From Mobula hypostoma (taxonomy: Eukaryota): a stretch of 64,000 nucleotides of DNA. The notes beneath the pieces were generated by a model that saw nothing but the letters and a program-made list of their open reading frames with translations, did no database searches and was not told the DNA's origin. Every line of letters starts with the position of its first letter. Position 1 is the first letter of the stretch. A program made the position numbers and the translations under genes. The stretch covers positions 84,942,001-85,006,000 of the forward strand of contig NC_086097.1 in the NCBI RefSeq assembly GCF_963921235.1. Direction: 5' to 3'. Below, one piece after another: positions 62,100 to 64,000 of the stretch.

Positions 62100-63384
62100 G
62101 AATTCCTCCTTCCTTACCCTTCCACACTTCCGTAAGAGGGAACCCAGGAATCCACTACTTACTATTTTCTCTTTTTCTTCTATCTCCTTATTAGGTAACA
62201 AAATAGCAGAACGCAGTCTGCTGATTTATAATTTGGATGGAAATTCTTTCTGTCAATGGATAAGCCGTTTGATAGATAAGCGGATCAGGAGAACCTGGCG
62301 AATTGAGTGGGACTTTAGGTCAGCCTTGGTCTGATGGAATCAATGAGCTAATATGAGAGAATTGAATTCGTTATACTGCTTTTGTGTTCCTTTTATCATT
62401 TTGCACCTAACATATGCCCTCTCCCGTCAAGGGGACAGAGAGTGAGGGAAATCCGAGCATAATAGTAAAAGAGAATAATAATATTTAGTAGCTCTCGTTG
62501 GGTTGCTTGATTCTGTTTTCTCCTTCTGTATATCTTGTCATACAAATGCTTCCATCATCACTGACTCTGCTCAGCCTCCAAGGAGGTACGTGAAAGAAAA
62601 GCTTGACCATGTGGTTGACTGGGAAAACAATCTGTGGCATTTGCTAGCCTCACACCAGAACAGTAATGAGGCATGAGAAACCTGCTGGGAAGGGATAGCC
62701 TGTGGGGTTCTAACAGAGATCTGTTCTTAAGCACAGGGAAGTGTGGTTATTATTTTAATTGAAGAAGTCAGAATGAAATTTCTTTTTATGTTTATTCCAG
62801 ATTTCCCCCTCGATAAAATTACCACATTGAGGTCATCAGCTGCCCACAACTGAAAACTATATCAACACTTGTCAAACCGTATAAAGTTTTGCTTAATTCT
62901 TCATGTGACACAGGTCGAGGACGATTAGAAAATCGTCAGGTTGGTTGCTATGGGAAATGTAGAGTTCATCCCTACCCCCCCCCCCACCTATTGATAGCCA
63001 GTAAACAAAAATCTCACATCAATTTCCTTACTAACAATTACATCCTTGTGTAGTAGCCATGAAAGCAAATACATCTCAAAATTCATTCACCAAGTGTGAA
63101 AGCTATGATCAGATATTATGTAAATATGCTTCCCATACATTTTAATGAATTAATATTAATAAACAATCAGCATTAGAATAAAATGGAGCAGATGTGTTGA
63201 ATTAATGTCCTCGTGAACGAATAACTGTAAAACATGGTGTTGGCATTGACAAACCCAGCTCTTCAGTGTAAACTAGGACAGCAGCATACCCATTTTGCTC
63301 CGTGCTGAGCTTTGATCTTCATCTCTACTGTCATGATAATCCTAATTTCAGACAGATTGTGCCTAATGCTTGGCTAAAGTATCA

Positions 63385-63470
63385 ACTGGACAATAGTAAT
63401 ACCTACATTAGGCTGCTGTTTATTGACTACAGCTCAGTGTTCAACACAATTGTACCCTCAGTTCTAATCA
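63385..63470 (+). mobile_element. Rex/Babar RT internal fragment
   Basis: LDNSNTYIRLLFIDYSSVFNTIVPSVLI. Confidence 0.8.
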
Positions 63471-63649
63471 ACTTCTGTCATTACATTTTGTATTGGAAAA
63501 TAGAGCGTAGATGTTTCGAATTAAAAATAAACAAGCATTCCAGCCCTGCACTGAGGAATTTAAACCTTTCAGAGGCATAGATGCATGTGATGATGATGAA
63601 AGGCTGTGCATACAGTTGAAATCCGTGTATGGACGGGTATGCCAGAGCA

Positions 63650-63910
63650 TTGGTTATTGACTAAAGTTCTAAGGATGCGATGTTAACTCCCACTATGGCA
63701 GCTAGGGGATTTAAATTAATTCAGTCCCATACTAAACAAGTCAAGAAATAAGAGCTAATTTGTACAAAAATGAATGCAAATCCACTGAACTGTAATAAAA
63801 ATCTGCTGTATTACTAATATATTTAGGGAAGGAAAATGGCTATGCTTATCCAATATAGCTTATATACAACTTAAGTTCTGTAATAATGTGATTGGTTGTT
63901 AACTGATGTA
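63650..63910 (+). mobile_element. Old degenerate SINE
   Basis: TCCCACTATGGCAGCT..GGGATTTAAATT...TTTAGGGAAGGAAA motifs recognised from elasmobranch SINEs. Confidence 0.45.
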
Positions 63911-64000
63911 GCCTCACATGCCACCTATCCCAAGGGGAACATAGCATGGTCTTGCCCACAATGGCCATCTACTGGATAACCTTAAGGTTGAAAATTCACT

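Noticed and set aside
62500..62591. Microexon ending GAG|GTACGT
   Set aside because: 11-nt length is not frame-preserving and the 3-nt alternative is too speculative without RNA data
1..64000. Remaining 60-130 aa ORFs in the track; endogenous viral or prokaryotic genes
   Set aside because: They fall in TE remnants or look like chance ORFs; no viral or bacterial protein motifs or operon structure recognised

Overview
Eukaryotic, AT-rich, repeat-dense intronic/intergenic DNA. The repeat complement (HE1/V-SINE-like SINEs, CR1 LINEs with TATGTTTC-type tails, Rex/Babar LINEs, Deu-domain SINEs, many Penelope-like fragments) points to a cartilaginous fish, probably a ray; this is inference. No host gene is identifiable, only a few candidate exons. 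ORFs that resemble real proteins are transposon remnants: Rex/Babar RT, RTE RT, CR1 RT, L1 ORF2, Penelope GIY-YIG, Tc1 and hAT transposases, Gypsy gag/integrase. Main points: (i) minimal hammerhead-ribozyme cores in Penelope terminal repeats, two still intact; (ii) a 1.8-kb, 27-bp minisatellite with a two-position variant code inside a non-autonomous retroelement, which explains the 704/388/223-aa ORFs; (iii) an internally deleted Gypsy element with both LTRs, tRNA-Ser PBS, PPT and 5-bp TSD, plus two solo LTRs; (iv) a young RTE insertion and an RTE-tailed SINE; (v) a hAT-like element with a 6-bp TSD; (vi) a ~1-kb local duplication. I found no clearly novel gene system. Family names come from motif recognition by eye; boundaries of degenerate repeats are approximate.
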